Below, piece after piece: positions 1 to 11,667 of a stretch of DNA of 41,429 nt. The stretch covers positions 1-41,429 of the forward strand of contig DUHF01000167.1 of the NCBI GenBank assembly GCA_013331015.1. The letters are read 5' to 3'. Position numbers and translations under genes: made by a program. Source of the stretch: Methanoregula sp. (GTDB lineage Archaea; Halobacteriota; Methanomicrobia; Methanomicrobiales; Methanospirillaceae). The notes under the pieces are model-generated. The model ran no database searches and was not told where the DNA came from. It was given only the letters and a program-made list of their open reading frames with translations. The first letter of the stretch is position 1. Each line of letters starts with the position of its first letter.

Positions 1-4
1 GCCA

Positions 5-550
5 TTATGCCGCCCCCCGGACAATATCGTAGGCGGTCTTTGCCGCAGCGATGTTCTTTGTCGCAAGCTCACCGGGGAACCGGTGCTTCAGTGCGTTCTC
101 GAGCGCGGAGAACTGGATCTCGCCCGAAGCTGCAGCGAAGGCTCCCATGAGCGTGGTGTTGGTGATAGGCAACCCGAGCGCTTTGAGTGCGATGGACGTT
201 GCATCGATGAGGATGAGTTTCACACCCTCGGGTACGCCAAAGGCTGCGTTCTTATCGGCCGTGTTGACGATGGCGATGCTGCCATTTTTCATACCGGCAA
301 ACACATTGACATCCTTGATGAGGGTGCTGTCCTGCACGATGATGTAGTCCGGCTGGTACACCTGGCTCCGGAGCCTGACCTTCTTGCTGTCAAACCGGAC
401 AAATGCCTGGACCGGCGCACCGCGTCGTTCGACACCAAACGCCGGGAATGCCTGGGAAAAGACGCCGCCTTCAAAAGCGGCAACGGCAATCAGTTCGGCA
501 GCCGTGACCGACCCCTGGCCCCCCCTGCCGTGGATACGTAGTTCTCTCAT
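5..550 (-). CDS. porG: Pyruvate:ferredoxin oxidoreductase gamma subunit
   Basis: N-terminal RIHGRGGQG and FGVERRGAPV motifs typical of 2-oxoacid:ferredoxin oxidoreductase gamma subunits. Confidence 0.9.
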   Translation of the reverse strand: MRELRIHGRGGQGSVTAAELIAVAAFEGGVFSQAFPAFGVERRGAPVQAFVRFDSKKVRLRSQVYQPDYIIVQDSTLIKDVNVFAGMKNGSIAIVNTADKNAAFGVPEGVKLILIDATSIALKALGLPITNTTLMGAFAAASGEIQFSALENALKHRFPGELATKNIAAAKTAYDIVRGAA

Positions 551-592
551 GAAAAAATCCCTAATAATCTTACATGATAAATCAATATAAAT

Positions 593-1465
593 CTAGAGAT
601 CCACCGCGAGCCCAAGAATCTCATTCTTCCCTGAGAAGACGTCCCGGGCGATCCGCGCAAGACCCCGCGAAGCGCACCACTCATCGTACACTGCCACATC
701 ACAACCGAGCAGTTCCCGCACCTCTGGTGCAACTGCCGGTGCAAGGCTGCCGGCAAGGGCGACTTTTGCACTCCGGTTGAGCAGCCGGAGCGCGGCGCAT
801 TCCATGGCAGCAAACATCGCAAGGGCGGGCACGCGTTCTTCTTCCGGCAGGGAGAAGTTCACGCCCGCGTGCTGGAACGCCTCGTTTGCCGTCCACTCGC
901 CCGCGTCAACTTTCCGGATCGCGTCAACATCGAGCGCGCCATGCACCGTGCCTGGCGCAAAGATGCAGGCATCGAATGCCCCAACCAGTTTCCCTGAGGA
1001 AACGAGGAGGGAGACCGTGTTCGAGCTGACATCGGAGATGACCACATCGCCGCCAAGTGCGTGGCAGGCTTCGTAGGCAATACCGATCTTCTCGGGGCTT
1101 GTCTGGTGGGAGTACGCCTTGAACCGGGGATCGGTGGGAGAGCCGCGGTGGAGCCCCGGGATAACGACTGCCGGGATCCCGCTCCCTGCAACGGCATCGA
1201 AGACCGCCGTCCCGCCACCAATGTGCTTACCGGCGCCGTCACGGCTGATAATCCCCCGGTTCTTCACTCTGCAAATATTTGTGACCGCTGCGATATTGTC
1301 GCCCATGGAATAACAGAGGGCGATTCCTTCGATCTCGTCGATTGGGCAGATGCGGGAGAGATCGGAGATGGAGAACTCCTTTGCCGCATCGCGCGCGATC
1401 TTAAAACCGCCATTTTCACCGCCAAACCGCATCGCGGTGGTGCCGTGGTCAATGCCGATAAACAT
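593..1465 (-). CDS. Methanogenesis marker protein 12 (UPF0285-like)
   Basis: Starts MFIGIDHGTTAMRF (ATG 1465); contains YSMGD, GAGKHIGGG and SPEKIG motifs. The longer ORF extension overlaps the divergent epimerase and is rejected. Confidence 0.8.
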   Translation of the reverse strand: MFIGIDHGTTAMRFGGENGGFKIARDAAKEFSISDLSRICPIDEIEGIALCYSMGDNIAAVTNICRVKNRGIISRDGAGKHIGGGTAVFDAVAGSGIPAVVIPGLHRGSPTDPRFKAYSHQTSPEKIGIAYEACHALGGDVVISDVSSNTVSLLVSSGKLVGAFDACIFAPGTVHGALDVDAIRKVDAGEWTANEAFQHAGVNFSLPEEERVPALAMFAAMECAALRLLNRSAKVALAGSLAPAVAPEVRELLGCDVAVYDEWCASRGLARIARDVFSGKNEILGLAVDL

Positions 1466-1504
1466 ACCAGTAATCCTATAGGATCGATGACATATTAGGT
1501 ACTG

Positions 1505-2440
1505 ATGTTTGATGTGGTGACGGGCGGTGCCGGGTTCATCGGCTCCCATCTGGTTGACGCGCTGGTAAAACAGGGCGACGATGTTCTGGTCATCGACTCC
1601 CTTGTTGCCGGGCAAAAGGAGCATATTGCCGGCCATCTGGAATCCGGCAGGGCACGTCTTGTGCAGTGCGACCTGCTCGATGAGGGCTGGCAGGATTCCT
1701 TGAACGGGGCAGACCGGGTCTGGCATCTCGCGGCAGACCCGGATGTCCGCCAGAGTGCGATGACCCCCGATCCCACGTTCAGGAACAATATCGTAGCCAC
1801 GTACCGGGTTCTTGAAGCGATGCGGGCAAGCAACGTCACGGAACTGGTCTTCACCTCCACCTCGACCGTATATGGCAATGCAGCGGTCATCCCGACAGTG
1901 GAGGACTATTCGCCGCTCGAACCGGTATCCGTGTACGGCGCAAGCAAGCTTGCCTGCGAGGCGCTCATATCAGCCTATTGCCACTCGTTTGGGATGCGGT
2001 CATGGCAGTTCAGGTTCGCCAACATCATCGGTGCCCGGAGCGGTCATGGAGTTATTACGGATTTTGTCCGGAAACTGCGGGAGAACCCGGAGGAGCTGGA
2101 GATCCTGGGTGACGGGAAGCAGACCAAGTCCTACCTTGAGGTCAGCGAATGCATACAGGCCATGCAGTTTACCATTGCCCATGCCAGCGCACCGGTCAAT
2201 ACCGTCAATATCGGCTCCGAGGACTGGATCGACGTGAAGACGATCGCGGATGTCGTGGTTGAAGAGATGCAGCTCAAGAACGTCCACTATTGCTATACCG
2301 GTGGGGCGCTCGGCTGGGTTGGCGATGTGCCGAAGATGCAGCTCGCCATCGCACGGCTCAAGGCACTTGGCTGGAAACCGCAGAAGGGATCCCGTGAGAG
2401 CATCAGGATTGCCGTGCAGGCTGCAGTCCGGGGAGCATAA
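1505..2440 (+). CDS. NAD-dependent epimerase/dehydratase (UDP-glucose 4-epimerase family)
   Basis: VTGGAGFIGSH Rossmann motif and YGASK catalytic motif. Confidence 0.9.
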   Translation: MFDVVTGGAGFIGSHLVDALVKQGDDVLVIDSLVAGQKEHIAGHLESGRARLVQCDLLDEGWQDSLNGADRVWHLAADPDVRQSAMTPDPTFRNNIVATYRVLEAMRASNVTELVFTSTSTVYGNAAVIPTVEDYSPLEPVSVYGASKLACEALISAYCHSFGMRSWQFRFANIIGARSGHGVITDFVRKLRENPEELEILGDGKQTKSYLEVSECIQAMQFTIAHASAPVNTVNIGSEDWIDVKTIADVVVEEMQLKNVHYCYTGGALGWVGDVPKMQLAIARLKALGWKPQKGSRESIRIAVQAAVRGA

Positions 2441-2441
2441 G

Positions 2442-3593
2442 ATGAAGTACATCGTTGTCCTTGGCGATGGTATGGCGGATGAGCCGATCGCAGGTCTTGG
2501 GGGAAAAACCCCGCTCGCATATGCAAAGACCCCGAACATGGACCGGATGGCCCGCGAGGGCGCCTGCGGGATGCTCCGGACAATTCCTGACGGCTTTGAA
2601 GCCGGCAGCGACATCGCCAACATGGCAGTCCTCGGGTATGCACCGGAAAAGTACTACACCGGCCGGGGCCCGCTTGAAGCGCTGAGTATGGGGGTTAACC
2701 TTGCGCCGGAGGATGTTGCGTACCGGTGCAATCTGGTTACCATCGAGGAAAACACCATGGCCGATTTCTCGGCCAACCACATTACGAGTGCCGAGGGAGC
2801 GGCGCTTTTTGCCTCGCTCCAGAAGGAGATTCCGGAGGTTGCACTGAAGGCCGGGGTGAGCTACCGGAACCTGCTCGTTGTCCACGGCGGGAAAGGTGCA
2901 GCCACGACCCCACCGCACGATATTGTGGGTCAGGACATCTTCCTCTCCCTTCCCGAGGGCGGCGATGCGGATCTCCTCCTCCGGTGCATGGAGACGAGCC
3001 GGCAGGTCTTTGACGGCCACCCGGTGAATGTCGCCCGGGTTGCCGCAGGAAAACGGCCGGCAACCAGCATCTGGCCATGGAGCGGGGGGCACAAACCCGC
3101 GTTTCCCTTGTTTTTTGAGAAGTACGGGAAGAGAGGCGGGATCATCTCGGCAGTCGACCTTCTCAACGGGATCGCCCGATGTGCCGGAATGGAGGTTATC
3201 ACGGTCCCTGGTGCAACCGGCTACCTTGATACCGATTACGGCGCCAAGGCCCGCTACGCGCTCGACGCGATAAAACGCCTTGACTTTGTCTACGTCCACA
3301 TCGAGGCGCCGGACGAGGCCGGCCATCTTGGGAGTGTTGAGGAGAAGGTGAAGGCGATTGAGCGGGTGGACGGCGTGGTCGGCACGATCCTTGACGAGTT
3401 TGACGGCGTTGTTGCCGTGCTGCCCGATCACCCGACGCCGATCCGCATAAAGACCCATACCCGCGATCCCGTGCCATTCGTGGTACGCGGAAAAGGCACG
3501 GATAATACCGGGTCATATTCGGAAGCAGCGGCAGCAACGGGCGGACTCGGGATGAAGAATGCAACGGAATTCTTAACGTTCCTGTTTGCGTAA
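2442..3593 (+). CDS. apgM: Cofactor-independent phosphoglycerate mutase, archaeal type
   Basis: MKYIVVLGDGMAD, KTPL, GSDIAN, YTGRGPLEA, EAPDEAGH and DHPTP motifs; ATG at 2442. Confidence 0.9.
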   Translation: MKYIVVLGDGMADEPIAGLGGKTPLAYAKTPNMDRMAREGACGMLRTIPDGFEAGSDIANMAVLGYAPEKYYTGRGPLEALSMGVNLAPEDVAYRCNLVTIEENTMADFSANHITSAEGAALFASLQKEIPEVALKAGVSYRNLLVVHGGKGAATTPPHDIVGQDIFLSLPEGGDADLLLRCMETSRQVFDGHPVNVARVAAGKRPATSIWPWSGGHKPAFPLFFEKYGKRGGIISAVDLLNGIARCAGMEVITVPGATGYLDTDYGAKARYALDAIKRLDFVYVHIEAPDEAGHLGSVEEKVKAIERVDGVVGTILDEFDGVVAVLPDHPTPIRIKTHTRDPVPFVVRGKGTDNTGSYSEAAAATGGLGMKNATEFLTFLFA

Positions 3594-3636
3594 AACGAGA
3601 GCGGCATCAGACCCCTGCTTCATCATCAATTCAGTG

Positions 3637-3653
3637 GGGGTAACTTTCATCAT
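3637..3653 (+). repeat. Putative attL core GGGGTAACTTTCATCAT
   Basis: Exact copy at 41258-41274; lies just upstream of the integrase. Confidence 0.8.
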
Positions 3654-3707
3654 TTGCGCACACTTTACAGCGGATACTATGTATTCTCAAACTGTCAACT
3701 ATCATCC

Positions 3708-4871
3708 ATGCCATACCAGATCATCGATGCCGGTGCGTACCTGAACGGGCAGGTCCGGGCTGGAATCATTACCCAGGAAGATGCTGATCTTATCCACGAA
3801 TTTTGCGAAGAGCGGAAAGCAACAAAGCATATCGCTGAGGCAACCGCCCTGGTCACTTCGAAGGGTCTATCAAAGTTTGCGCCATCGATTGCACCCTTCA
3901 AACAGTGTACGACTTTAGACATAATTAAGGGTATCAATTCCGTGGAAACAAAATGGAAACAGAACACCCGGCGGTTACGAATTTACTATCTCAAAGAATT
4001 CGCGCATTGGCTGGTAGATGAGGGGTATAATTCAACCATCAATATCAAGAAACTGGATAGCATCAAACCACCCACGGCAGACAAGGCAACAAAAACCGCA
4101 TCGCAGATGATCTCCGAAGAAAAAATAGATGAAATGATACGGTCCTGCAAGACCTCCCGGGACCGGGCATTAATCGCGTTCATGTATGAAGGGGCACTCA
4201 GGCCGATCGAAGTGCGGGAAGCAACATGGAACCAGATCACCTTTGACCAGTACGGCGCAATATTCAACACCTCTAAAAAGACCGGGAAACCCCGGTATAT
4301 CCGGCTCATCCGCTATTTCGGGTATCTCGCATCGTGGAAGGCGGACTATCACCCGGGAGTTCCCGAAGGTGATGCCCGGGTATTTGTCACGGGTCCGGGC
4401 AAAATCCTATCCCGGCAATATTTCCATGACATTATTGCCCGGGCAGCTCAGGCAGCGGGTCTTAAAGACGTGTTCCCCTACATCATCAGGCATAGCCGGA
4501 TAACTGCAATGGTCACGCAGAAGATCCCGGAATCCGTGATTAAATTGCAGGCGTGGGGCAACATCGCAACACCCATGATGGCAACCTATACCCATCTGTC
4601 CAATGACCAGATGGATGATGTTTTGTTAGAGACTGCCGGGGTCAAGCGGGTAGGACGGCCCAAGGGTCCGAGCATGAAGCCGGTTCAATGCCAGGACTGT
4701 TCGGTAATTAACGTACCGGGGGCACAGTTCTGTTACAAGTGCGGGCGTTCCTTGACCGGCGATAGTTTGACCAAGATGGAACGGATGAAACGGGATGTCT
4801 ATGAAAATCCCGATGAACTCATTGCATTCCTGCAGGACCTCAAAAAGGAGCGGGAGGGGAAGGGTCCATAA
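3708..4871 (+). CDS. Tyrosine recombinase/integrase with C-terminal zinc ribbon
   Basis: RDRALIAFMYEGALRPIE (R), KTG (K), YIIRHSR, MATYTHL (Y); CQDC...CYKC zinc ribbon. ATG 3708 preferred over TTG 3654. Confidence 0.9.
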   Translation: MPYQIIDAGAYLNGQVRAGIITQEDADLIHEFCEERKATKHIAEATALVTSKGLSKFAPSIAPFKQCTTLDIIKGINSVETKWKQNTRRLRIYYLKEFAHWLVDEGYNSTINIKKLDSIKPPTADKATKTASQMISEEKIDEMIRSCKTSRDRALIAFMYEGALRPIEVREATWNQITFDQYGAIFNTSKKTGKPRYIRLIRYFGYLASWKADYHPGVPEGDARVFVTGPGKILSRQYFHDIIARAAQAAGLKDVFPYIIRHSRITAMVTQKIPESVIKLQAWGNIATPMMATYTHLSNDQMDDVLLETAGVKRVGRPKGPSMKPVQCQDCSVINVPGAQFCYKCGRSLTGDSLTKMERMKRDVYENPDELIAFLQDLKKEREGKGP

Positions 4872-4933
4872 TTTTTTCCCTCTGACTCCATCATCAGAAC
4901 GTTCATCGGCTCCGACTGCGACACTACCTTATC

Positions 4934-5353
4934 ATGCCTGATGCCCGGGAGTTGTCCCACAGGGTAGTTGAACTCGCGGAATCCGGTCACTACGATGAGG
5001 CACTCGATCTCGTGAACAAGGGCATTAAACTCGATGGCAACAACGCGAATGTGTGGTATAACAAGGGCATAATTCTTTTCAAAATGTGCAGATACCAGGA
5101 TGCCCTCAATGCATTTGCCCAGGCAGCGGACATCGATCCTGAATTCACGGAGGCGTGGTACAACAAGGGAATGGCCCTCATGAATCTACAGAAATATCAT
5201 GAGGCTATCCGTGCGTTTGACAAAGTTCTGAAGATACATCCGCATGACGACCGGGCACGCGAACAAATGCATCTGGCACAGAAAAAAATTATGGAGTCGT
5301 GTAGTTTCTCTCCGTCGTCTCCGGTAAAGGATCAAACATATTTAATCAAGTGA
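4934..5353 (+). CDS. Tetratricopeptide repeat protein
   Basis: Repeated WYNKG...L...Y..A...F TPR units. Confidence 0.85.
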   Translation: MPDARELSHRVVELAESGHYDEALDLVNKGIKLDGNNANVWYNKGIILFKMCRYQDALNAFAQAADIDPEFTEAWYNKGMALMNLQKYHEAIRAFDKVLKIHPHDDRAREQMHLAQKKIMESCSFSPSSPVKDQTYLIK

Positions 5354-5403
5354 GGGACCGGAGAAATCCGGGTTGTGGATAGGGGAGTATGAGACGCTAT
5401 TTC

Positions 5404-6118
5404 CCCTCCATTATCTGTCGTCGGAGAGACCTGTAATCAAGGGGTAATGACACTGAGGGAAACTAAGCCCAATTCGGGCTCCGTTTGCCGTAACTTTATC
5501 CGGAAAAGCCCGTAAAATCGTCCGATTCCGTGCCCATGAAAAATACCCTCATTTCTCTCCCCGTTTGCCAAAATAAAGGAGGAAACAGTCACTCCCAAAG
5601 CCTACCAAAGCCCCTTAAACCGAGGCATTTTTTACCACTTTACCCCATACGGACCCCGGAAAGGCTGCCGGAATGCGAATATGAGGGTCATTTTTTCCGG
5701 GGTTATCTTAAAAATAGGGTTTTAACCTGGAAATACGGGGAGCCGGTCGCGGAGCGGGGGCGAGCACGGTGAAGCTGTGCGAAGCGTGTGACGCGGGCGG
5801 CGGTTCAAGCGTGTGACAAAATAGAGCGAGAAAATTTACAGTGGAGGTTACACTCAACGGGGCTCCGCCCCTCGCCGCGTGGGCTCCCCCAACGAGATCT
5901 TGTTTTGCTGACATGAAGATCGGTCGAGACTGTTCGTCTCCGCTGCACTCCGGCTCGCTAATGCTCTTCTCCATTCCGCTCCGCTCACAGACTCTCCCTT
6001 GCATTTCCCGGAGTTGTCCGGTTGGTAGGATGACGCCCCTGGCTTGTCGCGATGCTCTTTGCGCCAACGGTTGCTCTCGCCCGCTCCTCACATACCGCTT
6101 CGCGGAATGTTTGTCGCT
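5404..6118 (+). repeat. Long non-coding repeat R1, copy 1
   Basis: Aligns by eye with 27354-28029 and 36008-36704 (shared blocks GCCGGAATGCGAATATGAGGG, GGGGCTCCGCCCCTCGCCGCGTGGGCT, CGCTTCGCGGAATGTT); boundaries approximate. Confidence 0.85.
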
Positions 6119-6216
6119 GGATTACCTTATACCAAAAACCCGAAAATTAAAAAATGAAAGGCAATACTGGATGGATCTGAATGCTTGAGAAAGTACGGGA
6201 AAACTGCGTCATGCAT

Positions 6217-7326
6217 TCATACCGGAATAGGCATACTGGTCGCTTCGAGCTTCCCCTCGATCTCACGTATAGTTTCCAGTTTTGCCTTGGTCGAGGGTCC
6301 TGCTGGCACGGCTTTACACCCGGATGCCGATGATATGGACTCAGTAAACGTCCCGATCACCCGGGCGACCTGTATGGTATCTTCCTTGTCAAACCCGATG
6401 AGCGGACGATAGATCGGGATCTCTGCTGCATCCGTGAGCACGACAAGATTATCAAGCGTCTGGCTGGCCACCTGCCCAATGGATTCACCGGTTACGATCC
6501 CTTTTGCCCCCACCCGGTTCGCGTAGGCCGTTGCCACCCGGTACATCCGGCGCTTGCAGAAGATGCAGGTGTACTTCTCAAGATGCCGGCTTACAAGCTC
6601 GGATTTAGCATGTGCAAGATACGAGTCTGCAATCACCGTCAGTTCGATACCGGGCTGGTACTGGGCCAGCTGCTCAACAACCCGTTTGGCCCGGGCGATC
6701 GTGGTCTCATCGAGGAATGTATCGAGCGCAACAAAGAGCGGGATGATACGGCACCCCCGCTTCATCATCATCCATGCTGCAACGGGTGAGTCGATACCCC
6801 CCGATACCAGCGCGACGAGCGTGCCCTCAACACCCAGCGGGAGTCCCCCGACGGCTTTGGTCACGTTGTCATAAAGATAGACTTCGTTCTTTCGGATCTC
6901 AATATAGATCTCTTTATCCGGGTTCGCGAGATTCACTTTGAGGTGCGGGAATGCATTTCGGAGCAGGTTGCCGTACTCGATCGCTTTGTCGTTCGAGGTA
7001 AAGGTATGGGTGCCGACCCTTTTTATCTTGATGGCAAATGTCTTTGCCGTCTCAATCCCATGCCGTTTGCAGTAATCCGGAAGACCAACATCGATCTCGT
7101 CTAATTTTATATGTTCCACTTCTGAAAATGAGACAATCCCGAAGACTTTTTTCAGCAGTTCGGGTTGAACATCACCGTCAAGCCAGATCCGCCCCCGCTC
7201 GTTTCGTACATGAATGCCCGGCATCGCTTCGAGAATGTTTGCGATGAGCACATTCTCCCACTGCCGGCGAACCGGATCGGATTTTAAAAATATTTCAGAA
7301 TAACGGACAAGCCATTGTTTTTTCAT
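6217..7326 (-). CDS. thiI: tRNA 4-thiouridine synthase ThiI (THUMP plus PP-loop, no rhodanese domain)
   Basis: VRYSEIFLKS, GGLPLG, SGGIDSPVA, CIFCKRRM, GESIGQVASQT and RPLIG motifs. Confidence 0.92.
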   Translation of the reverse strand: MKKQWLVRYSEIFLKSDPVRRQWENVLIANILEAMPGIHVRNERGRIWLDGDVQPELLKKVFGIVSFSEVEHIKLDEIDVGLPDYCKRHGIETAKTFAIKIKRVGTHTFTSNDKAIEYGNLLRNAFPHLKVNLANPDKEIYIEIRKNEVYLYDNVTKAVGGLPLGVEGTLVALVSGGIDSPVAAWMMMKRGCRIIPLFVALDTFLDETTIARAKRVVEQLAQYQPGIELTVIADSYLAHAKSELVSRHLEKYTCIFCKRRMYRVATAYANRVGAKGIVTGESIGQVASQTLDNLVVLTDAAEIPIYRPLIGFDKEDTIQVARVIGTFTESISSASGCKAVPAGPSTKAKLETIREIEGKLEATSMPIPV

Positions 7327-7343
7327 GAAGCTGTTTCACCAAT

Positions 7344-7631
7344 TTATTTTTTCTTTCTCGCGGTTGTGCGGACGCGATCCGCTTCTTCGCAATCTTCTAT
7401 CCGCAGGAGATAGGTCCCGTGGCAGGGTTTGGTATAGGGAAAGACGATCTTTCCTCCGTCAAGCCCGAGCGCAATAGGCGGAAGCCCGATGATGTACTCA
7501 TCGAAGAGCTTGTAGCCGGGATCGACATACCAGACTTCTGAAAAGTTCTTCTCCACGTACTCCCGGCATTCCTTAAACGAAGCCCCCAGCGGGAGGAGCA
7601 TCTCGTACTTCAGGTTCTCGATGCAGCCCAT
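7344..7631 (-). CDS. DUF1894-like methanogen protein
   Basis: MGCIE...SFKECREY...PYTKPCHGT pattern recalled for this family; overlaps the DUF1890 gene. Confidence 0.7.
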   Translation of the reverse strand: MGCIENLKYEMLLPLGASFKECREYVEKNFSEVWYVDPGYKLFDEYIIGLPPIALGLDGGKIVFPYTKPCHGTYLLRIEDCEEADRVRTTARKKK

Positions 7632-8104
7632 CCAAACACCTCGTTGACCTTTGCCTTCAGCTGCATTGGGTTGTGCACCGCTTTTTCCACGATCTTCTCA
7701 CACGGGAAATCGATCGATGCTGCGAGCGGTTCGGGATCCTTGCCGAAGATTACCACCACAAGCCGGCTTTTCGGCAGGAGGTGATGCATCGTTGCCGCGT
7801 ACGCAATCGCTGCATCGTTGTGCGCACAGACAATGCAGAGATCCGCATCCCGGCGCTTTTCAACAATCTCTTCGATGCACTTCTCGAGCACCATCATCGG
7901 ACCGATATAGTGCTTCTCCGGGTCGGAGACCCTGAGCAGGTTCAGAACCGACGGATTGCCGGTGATGAGGAGATCTGATCCCTGTGTGCGCAGCTGGTGT
8001 GACAGGTACAGGGCGATTGCCTGTTGTGCCGGCGCTTCCGGACAACCGAGCAGGAGGAGCGCTTTGGCGGGTATGTTGTTGGAATTTTCAGTAGGTCCAG
8101 TCAT
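7610..8104 (-). CDS. DUF1890-like methanogen protein
   Basis: ALLLLGCPE, DPEKHY, HNDA and AVHNP motifs. Confidence 0.7.
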   Translation of the reverse strand: MTGPTENSNNIPAKALLLLGCPEAPAQQAIALYLSHQLRTQGSDLLITGNPSVLNLLRVSDPEKHYIGPMMVLEKCIEEIVEKRRDADLCIVCAHNDAAIAYAATMHHLLPKSRLVVVIFGKDPEPLAASIDFPCEKIVEKAVHNPMQLKAKVNEVFGWAASRT

Positions 8105-8107
8105 TTC

Positions 8108-8644
8108 TTACTCCGGTTCCGGACACGAACCCATACACCCGGCTGACTGCTGGCAGACATGCACGGCATCTGCTTCCTTGAACGGGTGATGACAGTACGG
8201 GCAGGTGAAGTCGCATTCCGTTCCCTCGTACGGGCAGATCGTCATCGAGAGATCTGCAAGGGGGTGGCCCTTGCCCCGGATCTCAAATTCCTTGTACCAG
8301 CCAAACGGTGCCCGCTTCACATCGATCGATTCTGCACTCAGGGCACGATCGAGTCCCGAGAGGATCGCAAGTGCTACCTGGGGGGAACCAAGCGTGCTCG
8401 TAAGGTGGGCATACGGGTAGATCAAAACCCGATTCACCCCGAGAGTCAACAGCCGCTTCTGAATATTTTTTACTGCACTTGCGATCACATTGTCAGGATT
8501 TTTCTCATCGAGTTTTTCTACGCAGCAGAAGAGGACAACACATTCCTCCATCCGGTCCTCACGGGTGGAGACCGGTTCTGCCATCTTTGTCTTCTGGGTG
8601 GCATGGTACCACATTGAAGTGGCATGGATGGAGAGAATCCTCAT
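8108..8644 (-). CDS. Free-standing archaeal ThrRS editing-domain homolog (Ser-tRNA deacylase-like) with Cys-rich C-terminus
   Basis: [23 protein letters not shown] and KGHPLA match the archaeal ThrRS editing domain; tail CPY..C...CPYC. Confidence 0.85.
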   Translation of the reverse strand: MRILSIHATSMWYHATQKTKMAEPVSTREDRMEECVVLFCCVEKLDEKNPDNVIASAVKNIQKRLLTLGVNRVLIYPYAHLTSTLGSPQVALAILSGLDRALSAESIDVKRAPFGWYKEFEIRGKGHPLADLSMTICPYEGTECDFTCPYCHHPFKEADAVHVCQQSAGCMGSCPEPE

Positions 8645-10131
8645 CCGTTGCCCCTCCCGACGAGCATGCTGATTGCATCGCTCGTGATAAGGCCGATGAG
8701 GCGCTGGTCTGCATCGACTACCGGCAGTGCTGATATGGAATGCTCCTCCATCTTCTTTGCAGCAGCTTCGATCGGTTCATCCGGTGCAGTTGTGTGCACG
8801 TTCTTCGACATGATCTCATCGAGCCAGAGGAAATTTTTCGCAACCGCTTTTGCGATATCCCACGAGGTCACGATCCCAACAAGATGACCATCGCACGACA
8901 ATACAGGCAGGTGATTGACTTCGAGAGTGATCATCCGGCGTGCGGTGACGGCTGTTGTTGCGCCTTCCTCAATCGTCGGGACATTTTTGATCATCACATC
9001 GCTCACAACCGTCCGTGAGAGGAACTGCGCAATCAGGTAGTTGACCTGGCCGGATTCCAGCAAGAACCCGTCATGGCCGTAGTTGGACCGGATCTCACTG
9101 TACCGAACCTCCCGTTCATTGGCCGTCAGGGCCGACACAATCTCCTGCGACTGGTAGGGCGGATAGAGCCAGTCGGAAGAGACCGAGATGATGAGAAATC
9201 CCGCTTTTGTTTCTGACAGCCCTTTTGCGAGCGAACCGTCTTTTGTCAGGTCGAAGTAATCGATCGCTTTTGTGATATAGAGATACGAGTTCGCATCGAA
9301 CCGCTGGGTGAAGGTATCCCCCTGGTGATGGAGGTAACTCTCAACGGCGAAATCAGTCGAGAAGTCAAACCCGATCCGGTCCCTGGACTGGAGCGAGCGC
9401 CCGAATTTCGCGTGCATTGATTCGTCGGAAAGGTACGTGATGTGGCCGACCATTCGTGCAAGGGCGAGACCCTTGACCGGGCCGGGTGCATCATACGATT
9501 TTGTATCGTAATAATTCCCGCCATTCCATTCCGGGTCCGAGATGATCGCTTTACGGCCCACTTCGTTAAACGCAATCTGCTGGGGCGTGGAGTAACCGGT
9601 TGCCGCGATCACGATCGCCTTTTTCATCCATTCCGGGAAGCTGACCGTCCACTGGAGCGCCTGCATGCCGCCCATCGATCCGCCGGCTACTGCGTAGAGC
9701 TGCGGGATGACGAGATGATCGATGAGCAGTTTCTGGGCATGCACCATGTCCTGGATGGTAATGACGGGGAATTTTGCGCCGTATGGCTTTCCCGTTGCGG
9801 GATTGACGGACGATGGGCCGGTCGATCCCTTGCACCCGCCAATCACATTCGAGCAGATGATGAAATACCGGTCGGTATCAAAGGCTTTGCCGGGTCCGAC
9901 TACCGCATCCCACCAGCCGGGCTTGTCTTCACTTTCCCGGAATCCTGCGATATGGGCATCGCCCGAGAGGGCATGACAGATCAGTATGGCGTTGTTCCGG
10001 TCCCGGTTCAGTTTGCCGTATGTCTCGTATGCAATCGTAAGGGAATGGAGGGAATCCCCGCTCTCCAGTACGAGCGGGGCGGAGTGGTGATAATACTGGG
10101 TTATGACAATGCCAACAGACCCCTTGATCAT
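8641..10131 (-). CDS. metX: Homoserine O-acetyltransferase with C-terminal CBS domain pair
   Basis: [23 protein letters not shown] and GHDGFL motifs followed by two CBS repeats. Confidence 0.92.
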   Translation of the reverse strand: MIKGSVGIVITQYYHHSAPLVLESGDSLHSLTIAYETYGKLNRDRNNAILICHALSGDAHIAGFRESEDKPGWWDAVVGPGKAFDTDRYFIICSNVIGGCKGSTGPSSVNPATGKPYGAKFPVITIQDMVHAQKLLIDHLVIPQLYAVAGGSMGGMQALQWTVSFPEWMKKAIVIAATGYSTPQQIAFNEVGRKAIISDPEWNGGNYYDTKSYDAPGPVKGLALARMVGHITYLSDESMHAKFGRSLQSRDRIGFDFSTDFAVESYLHHQGDTFTQRFDANSYLYITKAIDYFDLTKDGSLAKGLSETKAGFLIISVSSDWLYPPYQSQEIVSALTANEREVRYSEIRSNYGHDGFLLESGQVNYLIAQFLSRTVVSDVMIKNVPTIEEGATTAVTARRMITLEVNHLPVLSCDGHLVGIVTSWDIAKAVAKNFLWLDEIMSKNVHTTAPDEPIEAAAKKMEEHSISALPVVDADQRLIGLITSDAISMLVGRGNG

Positions 10132-10213
10132 CGATATGCACCGTCCCGTAACGTAGTACTCTCTACGAGGCGGTCATGGATTCTATCCGAGGGTCTGAAA
10201 GCAACAGGATTCA

Positions 10214-11548
<1,335 letters not shown>

Positions 11549-11667
11549 TCAGGTTGAATGATTACAGGGAGTGGCATCCTCTCTCCATACAAGAGAGAGG
11601 AGATATTCAGCGTCCCAGTCTTCGTTACTGCTTTTTATGGGGGATTGAATTCATATTCATGCGATCA

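Noticed and set aside
3654-3707. SSV1-type split integrase or TTG start at the att site
   Set aside because: No integrase N-terminal fragment is evident at the right end and the att core is not in a tRNA; ATG 3708 gives a complete-looking enzyme.
5530-6412. ORFs of 60-180 aa inside the R1 repeats (also 27323-28224 and 36248-36866)
   Set aside because: Frames and stops differ between repeat copies and no protein motifs are recognisable; treated as non-coding.
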